A stretch of DNA of 64,000 nt from the human T2T-CHM13v2.0 reference genome, Homo sapiens: the NCBI RefSeq assembly GCF_009914755.1, contig NC_060942.1; one strand, given 5' to 3'. Positions 32,829 through 45,898 of this stretch are shown here, piece after piece (within the stretch, counting starts at the first letter, position 1; every line of letters begins with the position of its first letter). A program made the position numbers and the translations under genes. The notes beneath the pieces were generated by a model, which worked only from the letters and a program-made list of their open reading frames with translations, made no database searches and was not told where the DNA came from.

Positions 32829-33849
32829 ATAGATTTGGAAACAAGGGTGTATCTTTAAATAATGCTAAATGAAAAACATGAGACTTAAAACACAATACAG
32901 TTTATGTAAATTTAAAGTATTTGTATACAAACCACTGCACTTTTAGAAAAACAGAGCCAAAGAAAAAAGGCACAATAAATACATTTAAATGGGAGGGTGG
33001 GAGGGGAATGTACTATCAGGATGAAATGGGATGAAACAAAATCTTCCCCACGCTTTTATTTCTGGGGAGAAAAGTTAAGATTAGTATTTTAAACATTTAT
33101 TTAATATATCAGGAAGGAAACAGAAGGTGAGAAAAGGGAAGGAGGAAAGAAGGGAACATTTTGAGGGTCTTACAGCCAAGCACTGCATTTGATAAAAAAA
33201 TTAAAACATTCTTTCTTGAAATGACTGCCTTTCCAGCACTCTTTACAGTTCCATATAGGCTGCTACACAGACATGCTCTGACATAAGTACATCCTAACCT
33301 CACAACCAAACCAAGCGCTGTAGTTCACAAAAAGTCTGTTCCTCCTTCTCTCTGATCATTTCTAGAAAACTGACATCATAGATAATTATAGGTTTTTTTC
33401 CCTCTTTAATTCTATTATATTCTATTATTATTCCTTTGGTGGGTAGCAACAGTTTAAAATTTCAAAAACATTTCTCCCTCATACTTAAAAACCCGACAAA
33501 AAATGGGTTTGGAGTTATACCCTTTCTTAAACTGTACTCCCTACTAATGGGAACCTCACAACTGGTGTCAGAGGCTGTGAAGAGTTTAACATTTCTCTAC
33601 ATATACTATGAATTCCTAAGCAGATCAAGATGAAATTATTAGCCATATGGAAGGAGGTAAAAACTACTAAAATAGCTTTCAGCGATTTATCCAAATGTAT
33701 ATTAAACTGTTAAATGTTAACACTATGTAAAAACACATATGTGGGCAAAATAGTGGACTTACTATCTCAGTGTGGAAGCAAAATATTAATCCTGTATATG
33801 ACATAAGAAAATAAGGCAACACATAGTACAGTTCTACAGCAGTCACATA

Positions 33850-34015
33850 CACTAGTAGTTTTCAAGCACTAGTATACCTCAAAATCACCCAGAAGACCGT
33901 GAAAACAGATTGCTGGGCCTCACCGTGTCTGATTCAGAAGGTGTCGGATGGGGATCAAGAACGCATCTATAACAAGTTCCCAGGTGACAAGGTTCCCCTT
34001 TGAGAACTCCTGGCC
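33850..34015. mobile_element. MER5A-like DNA transposon
   Basis: aaaacagattgctgggcctcac...tctgattcag...taacaagttcccaggtga...ctttgagaac. Confidence 0.8.
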
Positions 34016-34364
34016 TAAATAATAAGAGGAGGGACAGGTCACAATTGTATTGTTAGAACAGAGAAGAAACTGGGATATGAGAGAGGTCTGGGGGTGGGTT
34101 GGGCTTTGGGTCATTAAAAGAAGGTGAAGGGGAAAGAGTGAGGAGAGAAACACTGCGAGTGGTGACAACATCTGGGCGCAGGCAGAGCCATGGGTGGGAA
34201 GGACGCACGGCAGGGACAGACTGACAGGGCTGGTGACCCAGGGGACGGGAAAAGGCATTGGTCTTTTCCCTCCTCCCTTGTAGACATCACAGAACTGACT
34301 GTGTCCTTTCGTACAGGAAGGGTGAAGAGAGTATCATCTAGGATGCTTGACAGAGGCAACTCAC

Positions 34365-34514
34365 TTGGGGCATTTGTGGTTGGGGACTTGCGTCCTCTTC
34401 CTCTTTTATCCTCCCTTTTTGGAGTGCTAAGACTTTCTGGTGTGCCTTCCTTTGGGATACAGTTTTGGCTCTGCTCAGAGGAGTGAGAAATACATGGCTT
34501 AGTGTAGTCTTTGC
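34365..34514 (-). other. Candidate cryptic/alternative exon B (150 nt, phase 1-1, open frame)
   Basis: Acceptor ctctcttaaaacctggtAG|GC, donor CAA|GTGAGT; encodes KDYTKPCISHSSEQSQNCIPKEGTPESLSTPKREDKRGRGRKSPTTNAP with no stop. Confidence 0.45.
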
Positions 34515-35041
34515 CTACCAGGTTTTAAGAGAGTAATGGCGGGGCCGGGAAGAGCGCATTGTGCTCTGAGCAGCTTGGGTCTGAGGTCCTGAATGCTGGT
34601 GTTCATTCGCTCAGTGGATGCGGTGTTTACTGCACAGAGGCACGCCATGTAACACACCAGAGACGCAGCCCAGCCCCCATGCTCACATGGGGGGGTTGGA
34701 GATATACACTTTCTACAACCAGTTTTGCAGCTAAGATTTAATTGACACAGCAGTTAAGTGCTACGGAAGGGTGGCATGCAGAAGCTGTCATTGGTAGGGG
34801 CATTTGGCACTGGTGTGGCCTTCCTTCTACCTGAGGAACTGTAAGTGCAGCGTGGCAGCTGGACAAGGAGGGCTGTGGAGGCAGCAGTTCAATCCTATCA
34901 GTCCTCTGCTCTCAGCACTTCAGTAGCTGAGTCCCACTCTCCTTCAGCCTCCCTGCCTATCACCAAGCCCACCACACTGTCCCTGCTGTGTCTCCTACCA
35001 CACCATCTGACGGGACACTGTCGGGATTAAACGTAGTAAAC

Positions 35042-35161
35042 CTAGAGAAGAGTTCAGTGCAGTGCTTGGCACTTGAGGCTTCAGAGATGGAACCTGTTGT
35101 TTCTAAGCTCTTAAAGCTGGTCCCTCCTGTCTGTGCCCCAGAAGCCTGTGTGGACTCTTTC
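35042..35161 (-). pseudogene. Candidate decayed exon C (120 nt, phase 1-1, one internal TAG)
   Basis: Strong acceptor ctctctctctgtcatgccatcgttttcAG|GA; weak donor TAG|GTTTAC; TAG at 35105-35103. Confidence 0.3.
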
Positions 35162-35329
35162 CTGAAAACGATGGCATGACAGAGAGAGAGTATCAGTGGC
35201 CAATATAGTGGCCTAGGACATGGATTGAAATGACAATGACAAAAATAGACACAGGAGAGGAGAGGAGGGTGCCGTTAGGGGAGAATTTTTTTTTTTTCTT
35301 TAGAGAAGCTGAGGCTGAGATGATGATAA

Positions 35330-35775
35330 AATAAAAAAGTAGAAATGTATTCAGTAGGCTGCTGAACTTTGGAATGGGAGTTGATTAAATAGTGAGACCT
35401 ACAGGAGATGACAGGGAAGCCAGGAGGGTTAGGTTTTCTGTGGAGATGATGAGAGGGAAAAGAAAGAGAGAGACATTAAGAGGAGGGAAGAAGAGGGATA
35501 GAGGAGGAGGAGGAGGTGGAAGAGAGACAAGGAAGGGGAGTGGAGAGGGGGAGGGGGAACAGGCACTGAATCTTCACGTCAACATAGTGGATGGACCAAA
35601 AAAAGAGAAAATGAACAGCAGACAGAAAGCTGGGAGAATGGAATGTTAGGGAGAGTGGGAAGAGGAGTCCCAAGGAGAGTTCTCACTAGTGTCTGGGGCT
35701 ACAGAGGGCCAAGGAGCAGACAAGGGAAAGACCATGGGTCTGATGGTGAGAAGCTGTTATGTCAGAAGCCAAGTT
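35330..35775 (-). mobile_element. Degenerate L2-like fragment with expanded purine-rich tract
   Basis: cagtaggctgctg ... gtcagaagccaag resemble antisense L2; lies between candidate exons A and C. Confidence 0.45.
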
Positions 35776-35922
35776 TCAAGGGCAAGTGCCAAAAGAGAAG
35801 ATTGAGGCCCCTTGTAGGCACTGCTGCAATCCAGTATTCCAAGTCAGAACTACAGGAGTTCTTGAGTAGTTTGTATAACTTCCTGAGCCAGTATACAAAC
35901 TCCAATAAAGTGGAAACCTCAC

Positions 35923-36242
35923 CCACTCTTTTTAATTCAAAGGAGCCTCCAATGCTGCAAGGCTGTGTGATTTCCTGTGAAGAGGTGGCTCCATGGCAAT
36001 AGATCTCATCCTCTACAACATTAGCTGCTCTGAATGCTCTTCCTGGGCTGACAATGACGCTCAACCTGATTGCATTTGGTATTTTTTTTCCTCCTCAGTT
36101 TTGGAAATAACCTCTAGGTGCTTATCATTGGTGTCAACAATGGGAGCAGGAGCAGCTGTGTCCAGCATGGAGTCAAGACTCAGGTCGCTACACAGGCCGG
36201 TGTGCGGTCCGCAGAGTGAAGAGAGAAGTCTATTTGTTCCAC
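35923..36242 (-). pseudogene. Candidate decayed exon A (320 nt; 321 if an A8 run is restored to A9)
   Basis: Acceptor ggctttcctgcttAG|GT, donor TGG|GTGAGG. Two overlapping open frames (track ORFs 36061-36423 and 35762-36064) switch only within ~36096-36064, which contains the A8 run at 36082-36089. Confidence 0.4.
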
Positions 36243-38279
36243 CTAAGCAGGAAAGCCACAACCACACAGGCCAGCCCCTAGATGGCTCCGGAGGATGATT
36301 CAGGGCAGGATCTGTCAGGGATGCTGAGACCATATTGTGCACTGAGCAGTTAGGAACATTGTGACATTGCAGTCGGAAAGAAGCTGGTGTCCCGAGAGAG
36401 AGAAAGAGCAGAAACCCACACAAACTGTAACCCAGCCAGATACTTCAATTCCCAATCTAACTTAGCCACTTTCCCATCAGAAAAATCTATAGGAGAAGAG
36501 AGAGCTTTATAGAAGACTTAATCACACCCCGAGGGGGGCACATTTTCCAGGCAGTTCGGATGTGCGACGAGAAAGCCCAGAGGTATATTTAGATTCTACC
36601 GGCAACAGCTTTAAAACACACGACACCCCGAGATGTCAAGATTGTTATTTTTGTGGAAATAAAACCTGCTGCCAAGTTTTTATTTACCAAAACTTCTCAC
36701 CTTACAGGAAAAATAGGAAAGTGCAAATACTCTTAAACAGTCACAGGGAGTGGGGGGAGGATGGACAAGCGAAAGCCAGGAGGGTCTTAATATTTTTCTA
36801 GTCCAAGGAACAGATGCAGAGGGAGGCTCCGGCTTTATGCAGCAAAAGATATTTCCCCCGAGTGGGGTTCCACATGGAAGCGGAGGAACAGGAGATAGTA
36901 AAAGATGGTGTACTTTTGAGGGGCACAGGCAGTCCTGACACGGCATAACCTATTCCCTGTGTTTTTGCTGGTTTTAAAGGTTTCTTGTCAATGTTAACTT
37001 TGACAAAAATTAAGGATATCCTAATTTTGTCTACCTCTCTTGAGCTAAACACAGAAATACAACCTCCGATAGATCACTTCTCTGCCCTTACCCAGTGAAA
37101 ATCCCATGATTCCATTTCCCTCTTCTTGGTAGAAGTGGGAAACAGGTTTGGGTACGAGATATGTGGGCACCCTCAGGAGAGTTGACAAAAATATCTAGAC
37201 ACCTCTGCCAGAAGGAGGTGGCTGATACTACCCTCTCTTTGCTGGCGAATGCCCACTCAGACTGGGAGCTTTGAGGACCGCTCTTTCCGCCCACTCCTTC
37301 CTTCCTCCTCAAATATAGCCACCTTCCCCCACTGCCAATTTTCAAATCGGCACAATGATTAATGACCCAGGCAAGAACTTAATTTCCTGTCCAGTAGTCC
37401 AAGGCTGATTTCCAATAAAAGAACTCACTCAAGGCAACGATTTCCTCTCTACAGCCTCTAATCTTTTATTCAATTGTGGGCATTCTTCTCTCTCAGTGTG
37501 AAAGCTGAATCAATTTTTGAACTTCTATTTGGCGAATATTCCAAAGAATCATAGAATGCTAACGCTGGAACAGACCTTAAAGGCAATGTAATTCACCCTC
37601 CTCTTTTCTTGCAGTTCAAACAGGCCTTAAGTTGGAGGCTTTGACTCACACGGTTCTGTGTGCACATGGTCAAGCTGCAAGTGAAGAGGGAATTACTCTC
37701 GTTAAAGGACACAGCTTGGGTCCTTACTGGTCTCATTATGGAGTTACCTTTAATGAAACAGTCCATTTTGAACTGGGAGCTAATCACCATGGGAGAATAT
37801 TTCTGCAATTATGGGCTCCAGCAAAACACAAACAAAACAGGTGTCAGTGAAACCCTTTGGACAGAGCAATGCAATTACTATGTTCAATTACCTCAGGACT
37901 CCTTCAATACCCACTGCAGATTTAATGAGTTGTCCTGATTTGAACTACATGTATCCATCTCTTGTATTTATTTCTCAGAAATGCTTGATAGATAACTCCA
38001 CTGCTTTCTGTGAAATTAATTCTGAAAAGCACAGGTTTCTAAACAAGATGCTAATGACTGCATAATATAATACCTTCTTTAGATGCATGATTTCCTGTAG
38101 ACAATTCTAGTTGCAATTCAGGAAATGCTTTCTGGGTTGATGCTTAATTGATCTGAAGTTCACAAGTGAGGGATGCAAATGGCAAGCAATGGGTTGGGCT
38201 GATGGTGGGCTGTGGAAGAGCAGAGTGACCATGGGAGCAACGGAGTGCACTGTAAGCAGCGAACGCTGACACTACCAGA

Positions 38280-38815
<536 letters not shown>

Positions 38816-41064
38816 CAAATTTAAACATCTTAATTCCCTCATGCTGTACTTTCTTCTGGATTGAAACATCTCAATTGTCATAAAAATGTAAATACAGGGA
38901 TTTATACAATTATTGAAGTCTGCATATAGCGAGGCTGGGCACCAACAAAAGTTAAATCTACATCAGTTCTGACCTATTTATTCCCCACTCAAACACTCTG
39001 ATGGATGAAAAGTTAAATATGGATCATAAACAGCCACTGAACTTAACAGTATCAACCTGAAATGAAGTGCAGCTTGAATCGGAACAAGCATGGGCCTTAG
39101 ACCAGATGGGCTCCACTTACCAGCCCTTCGGTAAAACTAAAACTACTTGAAAACTTAAAACTACCCTGAAACTTACCTTCCTGACTTCACAGGTTGTTAC
39201 GAGGATTAAATAATATTAGTGGCTGTCTGTAAAACAGCACAATTCCTGGCTCAAAGTAGGTGACAGAAAATGGTGACTGCTAAAACTATACAGTCTAGGG
39301 GTCCTTAAGTAAATGCCATTCCTCTGTTTTTGCTTATTTTATAACATCAGCTCTTCTACCAACTGCAGATTTGTTGTGAAAACCCAATGAGAGACTCTAG
39401 GGAGATATTCAAAACCATACAGAATTAGACATGGGCACCTGTATATTCAAGGCACAAATACATTGGGAAATCAATTCCTGGAAAATATTTACTTTTTAAT
39501 GGCCTGGTTATGGCTCCAGAAGGTTTGAAATGGTGCCAGAATTGGGACTAACAGAGCCATATGCAATTTTCTTGTGAAAGACCAATTGGAGCTTTGGCCA
39601 CACACTTAAACGTCATCCTGGCAAAACAAAGCAGATGAAACTATCTGATGAAGCCAGGACAATTCTTTGAAAAGTTACAATACGTACGTAAGTGGGGTGA
39701 GTGAATACACATTTTAGGACACTACGATTTAGTATATGGCCCACAAGCTTGAAACTGATAACTCGGTAATTCTGTGCGCTATTACCCGGCTTATCCACTT
39801 AAAAGTGAGACTGCTGCCTGAGGCTTACGGCTTCCCATCTGCATTAGTCATAGGAAAGAAGGACAAGCTCTGCTGCCATTACCTTTGAGATCTAAATGAT
39901 CTTAGGCAGAATGCAGAATATTCAAAACTAAGATCTTTACCACATTTGATATGACAATGAGTAAGTGATACGAACTTTCACAGTGGCCAAGAGCTAAGGA
40001 GCCAGAAGGTGTTTCCAATGGCTATAGGATATCTCAGTAAGACCTTGTTTTCTACTCAAAACTCAATTTGTGCTGCAAGCTCTTCCAGCCTAAAATTAGT
40101 GGGTGGTTTTCTCAATCATCGCCCGGAGAACTCAGCCAGTCTGCCACTCGTAACTTGGACAGCATTTCTACCTTAACCGGCTCTCTCAGAGACAGTATTT
40201 TGAACTTCCTTGGTTGAATGCAAAACACATTCGCTAACTAACCAAACAAACTGGAAGGAGGCATACCACAAGACCCAAACCCGACAGACTCAATGACTGT
40301 GAAAACACCCTCTCAAAGGCATGGGGCAGCGAGGAGGTGACCTGAGTGAGTGAAAGAGGTGGTTTCTTCAGAGTTTCAATACTTACTCATCCACAAATAC
40401 AAAAAATGCAGACGGAGGAAGGAATGGACTGCAAACTTAAATTCCTCTAATTTCCAAGTAGCTTGAAATACCTACAACCCCAGAGGGATCAAGTTAGGCA
40501 TATAATCTGGTAAATTTATTTTTATTTCCCCTACCGTGAATTCAAGTAGGAGTTCTGTAAATATTCATTCCCATAGTCTGTCTCTGTTTTTCTCTCTCCC
40601 TTCCTTCTCTTTTAGAAATAAGGTGTTTGGGGGCATGGCAGGGAGGGACAGGAAGGGCTCAATTTACAGTGAGAAGACCTAGGTTCAAACTAGCCACTTA
40701 ATGGTCCTCAATTTGGCATGGAACCTAACACTGGCTCAACCCGTTTCCTCATCTGTAAAATGGAAAAGAACCATGAAATGCTTATTTTCTGTGTGTTGAG
40801 TGTATGAGTTTTTAGTTTTGTAATACAAACTGTGAGACAAAATGAAAAAACCATGATGCATTAAACACCCTTAAAGCAACAGCAAAGCTCCTTAACAAGC
40901 AATGGCCTTTGGTTCTTTAAGGTCTTGAAATTTTGGATGTTTTGGACACTTGACATTTAAGCTCGAGATAATCAGACTAAAGCCTGAACCTCACATGGAG
41001 GCCATCTTTTCTAGACCTGCAGCATTGCAGAGCTTTCCTGGAGCAGACAGGGCAGCTTACTGAG

Positions 41065-41490
41065 TGTGATGGTTAATGTTGTGTCAACTTGGTTTGATCA
41101 CGGTATACAGATATCTGGTCAAACACTATTCTAGATGTCTCTGTGAAGTTCTATTTTTGGACAGGATTAACATTTTACATCAGTAGACTTTGAGTAAAGC
41201 AGACTCCCTCTATAATGTGCGAGGGGCTCATCCAACCAGCTGAAGGCCTTAAAAAAGAAAAAAAGGAGGAATCCTGCCAGGAGACTGCCCTTGGTCCCAA
41301 ACTGCAGCTCTTTACCAGGTCTCCAGCCTGCTAGGTCTCTATCCAGCACTTTGGACTTGTACCTCTATAACTGTGTGAACCAATTCCTTAAAGTAAATCT
41401 CCCTCCCTCTATCTATAAATACCACCCCCTGTCCTCCAACTCTGCTGCCAACTGGTTCTGTTTCTCTGGAGAAGTATGACTGATATACTG
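41065..41490 (+). mobile_element. MLT2-family ERVL LTR
   Basis: tgtgatggttaat...gtgtcaacttg...; ends ggttctgtttctctggagaa...gactgatataC. Confidence 0.85.
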
Positions 41491-41899
41491 GTTTCACCCT
41501 TCTTAATTTGTTTTTAACATGAAACCATGAATATTTATTTCATATTGACCTTTGCTTCCACTTCCCTTGCTGATATGAATGCCAGGTCCACCGCCCACTG
41601 ATAAGTGCCTGGAAGAAGCACACCTACCATGATTCTTGCAGAACGACTATGTGAAAACACTGTCCTACTATGCAGGGAAATGTCTGAGGGCAGATATTTC
41701 TGTATATTACAGCTTCCCTGCTGGCCTCTAAGAAAAACTTCTGAATATAAAAAAGCACTTGCAGGCAGAAAATGTGGAATCCTTATAGACTGAAATTTTC
41801 TTTACAGAAGATGGGTTTGGGCTGGACCTATGGGAAGGACTGCTGTCTGGACCACCTCATTCACACCTACAGCATCCACTTTGTGCAGACCTGTGTCTT

Positions 41900-42870
41900 C
41901 TAAATCTCTTCCTAGCCCAGACCACCTTATGCCTGCCTCCACTGGACAATTCCTCTACGATGCCTTGCAGGTGTTTAACATATACAAATCTAATTTCATA
42001 GTATTCTCTCTAAATCTGATCTTCACTCTCTGTTCCTTAACTTCCCAAATGAAAGTCAAAATCCAGAAAGTAATATAAACCGGGAACGCGGAAGTCATCT
42101 TTATCATCATGGCATCTCTTCACATCCACTCCACACATAGTACCATTAGTCCTTCCATCCGAATGTTTCCTGAAGCTGTTCCAGCTGCTCCATCCCTGTT
42201 GTATAAGTTCTGACCCTGTATTCCACCCATCCACCACACTGGTGCTGGAGTGACCACTCTAAAATGCTATCTAATCCTATAATCATGGCCTTGGCTAAAA
42301 TCTCTCACTAGCTCCTAAAATACCTGGACACAATTCAAAATCCTTCCTTCAGAACACAGCAGTTCCCCTGTTCTCCAGTGGCACTTCTTGCATGTCCTCA
42401 TGGAGCTTATGTTCTCTACTCCAAACCTGGCCTTACTCCCAGTTCTGTGGGATGCCCTTTTCCTACTTATTTAGGCAAACTGCTGTGCTAGGCCCTGAGG
42501 GCTATAATGATGAGCAAAGTGGACAGTCATGGCCTCTTAGAGATTCTTGACAAGTGATGGGTGTCAGTTATTAAACAATCACTCAAAGAAGTATGTAATT
42601 ATAACTAGGATCCACGCTCTAGAGAAAAAGTGCTGTGAGATTATGGGAATCAGACTTTGTCTAAGAGACCCAGGTCAAAGCTTCCCAGGGAAGTAACTTT
42701 GACCTGAGACCTGAAAGATGAGCAGAGGTCAGGCTGCAGGAATTGAGAGAAGACTGGCATGACTCGGGTCCAGAAAGAAAGGGGAAGAAAAGCAGCACAT
42801 GATGAAGCTGCAGAATAGGCAGGGGACTATCACAGAGACTTGCAGGCAACAATGAGATTTCACTGAGACT
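41900..42870. mobile_element. L2 fragments (both orientations)
   Basis: gtgctaggccctgaggg, gacctgagacctgaaagatgagcagagg. Confidence 0.6.
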
Positions 42871-43282
42871 TCCTTGGACTCTTCCATCTCTCTTCCTTTA
42901 AAATTTTCTCTTAAAATTTTTAAGGGGCTGTAAAAGTAAAGTATGTTTACTGCAACAACTCAACAATAGGAAAAGAAGTAATAGCAGCATACCATTTATA
43001 TAGTATTTACTGGATGCTAGGTACTTCCTAAGTGTTTTCATGCTGTTATTATCCATAGGGAAGTGCAAAGTAAAAGCCCAGGGCCATAAAGTTAGAAAGT
43101 GAGAACTAGATATCCCAAGGAGTCTAGTCCTAGAGCCCAGCTCAGAGCCACCAACTGGCCCCACCTCCAATCTCACCCCCTGAAGACTGACGTAAAGTGT
43201 GTTACATGCCCTTGCTTGGGTTTCTCTGTGCTTAAATATATAAAACAACTGGATGAAAAAGAATTGATGTGTATTGGATTAT

Positions 43283-43901
43283 TTTTTTTTTGATACTTTA
43301 AGTTCTAGGGTACATGTGCACAATGTGCAGGTTTGTTACATATGTATACATGTGCCATGTTGGTGTGCTGCACCCATTAACTTGTCATTTACATTAGGTA
43401 TATCTGCTAATGCTATCCCTCCCTCCTCCCCTTACCCCATGACAGGCCCCGGTGTGTGATGTTCCCCACCCTGTGTCCAAGTGTTCTCATTGTTCAATTC
43501 CCACCTGTGAGTGAGAGCATGCAGTGTTTGGTTTTCCATCCTTGCGATAGTTTGCTGAGAATGATGGTTTCCAGCTTCATCCATGTCCCTACAAAGGACA
43601 TGAACTCATCCTTTTTTCTGGCTGCATAGTATTCCACGGTGTATATGTGCCACATTTTCTTAAGCCAGTCTATCATTGATGGACATCTGGGTTAGTTTCA
43701 AGTCTTTGCTATTGTGAATAGTGTCACAATAAACATACATGTGCATGTGTCTTTACAGCAGCATGATTTATAATCCTCTGGGTATATACCCAGTAATGAG
43801 ATGTCTGGGTCAAATGGTATTTCTAGTTCTAGATCCTTGAGGAATCATCACACTATCTTCCACAATGGTTGAACTAGTTTACAGTCCCACCAACAGTGTA
43901 A
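43283..43901 (-). mobile_element. L1PA (primate L1) 3' end, 5'-truncated
   Basis: tactttaagttctagggtacatgtgcacaatgtgcaggtttgttac ... cccaccaacagtgtaa, the canonical L1PA 3'UTR in reverse. Confidence 0.96.
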
Positions 43902-43914
43902 GATAAATGTTGAT

Positions 43915-44365
43915 ATTTTTCTTTAAAGCAATGGGAAATCACTGGAGTTTCTTTCTTTAATATGGCAGCAATGTAATTAATTTCTGTTTTTGGAAGATCG
44001 TCACACTCTGGTTCCCAAGTGGAGAATGGGGTGGAGCGGGGAGAGGTGGAATGGAGAGGAGATACCCAGCAACCATTTAAGGGCAGAATGTAATCCTCTG
44101 GGCTAAGACAGTTGTAATGGCAGAACTGGAGAGAAGTGAATGGATTCCAGATTTACATAGAGGATAAAATCATCGGCGATGGGTGATAAAGCCCATACAA
44201 CAGGAGGGAGAGGGTCCTGTCAAGGATCATGCTGAGGTTGCTGGTGATGAGGTACGTCTGGGAGGATGACAAAGTGAGGTGGAGAACACTGATATTGCAG
44301 GCCACCAAAAAAGAAAAAAAAAGGTTTATTTTGAATAAGTTGGGTTTGAATGACCTTTGAGACCT
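43915..44365 (-). mobile_element. L2 fragment
   Basis: gcaatgggaaatcactggag, ggagagaagtgaatggattccagat. Confidence 0.65.
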
Positions 44366-44374
44366 GGCATTATA

Positions 44375-44560
44375 ATAATTATTGCTATTTACTTAAAGCC
44401 TGCTACATACCAGGCATTGCATAATCATCACTTCTAACCACTCCATAACCTTTTTTTGAAGTTGGTACTATTATTATCTTCACTTTACACATGAAGAAAA
44501 ATGAGGCGCAGAGGTTAAGCATCTTGCTTGAGGTCTCGAAGCTAAAGAGAGTCAGAGCCC
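44375..44560 (-). mobile_element. MIR SINE
   Basis: tactattattatcttcactttacacatgaagaaaaatgaggcgcagaggttaag. Confidence 0.8.
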
Positions 44561-45608
44561 TACAGCACATTTACCATCAATAACTCTCCTGGGTTATCTC
44601 AGCATCCTTTGAAATGACCCGCCCTCCTCCAGGCTAGTCTCATCCTCCACGCTGCTGCTGGACACTCACTTGATCATGTCATTCCCAGCCTAAACTTTTG
44701 CAGGGCTCTGCTTACCACCCTTTTGGTATGGCACACACAACCTTGCATGATCCCACCAACCCGTCCTGTGACTTTTTTCCCTGAGGCTGAGACATATGGG
44801 ATAGCTAAGAAAGGCAGCGCTCTCTCCTGTGTCTGGGACACCTTCCCTCCTCTTGTCCTCTATGCTTCCTACACACCTCAGCTCACAGTGGACTCCACAT
44901 CCTTACTCTGCTGTACCAACTGCTCCAGCAAAATTGTCTGATTGTCTCTCTAACAAACAGAAGCTTCTTGAGGACACTCTTTGTTTGGAATCCCCAACCC
45001 CTTATACATACAAATTGAAAGGAAGAATAAATAATTGAATACTATACACATCCAAATGTCTGTTGAATAAATGAAGGGGGTGCTGCATGAATAAAAGCTC
45101 AGAAGACTTTGCAGCAAAGACAGGTAGAGGTCTACTTTTATGGTACCATGCCCACCGACCCACTCTAGCCACAGTTTCCTTTGCCCCATCTATGTACTAT
45201 CTATGCTTCTTTTGTACTAAACAATTTGGCAGATACTATCACCAGTTTATAGATGAAATAACCTGAGCTCACATCAGAGTATTTGCTAAGAGCCTTGAAG
45301 ACAACATGTCTGACAGTCAGTCTCCCTGTATCTCTGATATTCATCCCAAATGGTAAGAACATTGCTAACTTGTTTTAGGAACTGCTATCTTCCCAAATTG
45401 CTCAAACCAAACTTTAAACAATTACTGTTGAATTTTCTGCTACACAGCCATAAACGTAAAAAACAAATTTAGTTACAGAAAGTACACTACGTAGAAAATG
45501 CCAGAGTTGGCAAAAAATGATACAAACTGGAAAGCGGGTGGAGAAAAAGCACCGTCACTGAGAATCTTCAAGTAATTCCGAAAAGCTAAAAGAGTACTCT
45601 CCCCCACT

Positions 45609-45898
<290 letters not shown>

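Noticed and set aside
36526-36542. CTCF-like ccccgaggggggcac
   Set aside because: An extra G shifts the core; mismatches at key positions
37545-37620. Plus-strand acceptor-like ctcctcttttcttgcag
   Set aside because: Part of a MIR-like fragment (agaatcatagaatg...ctggaacagacctta); no downstream exon support
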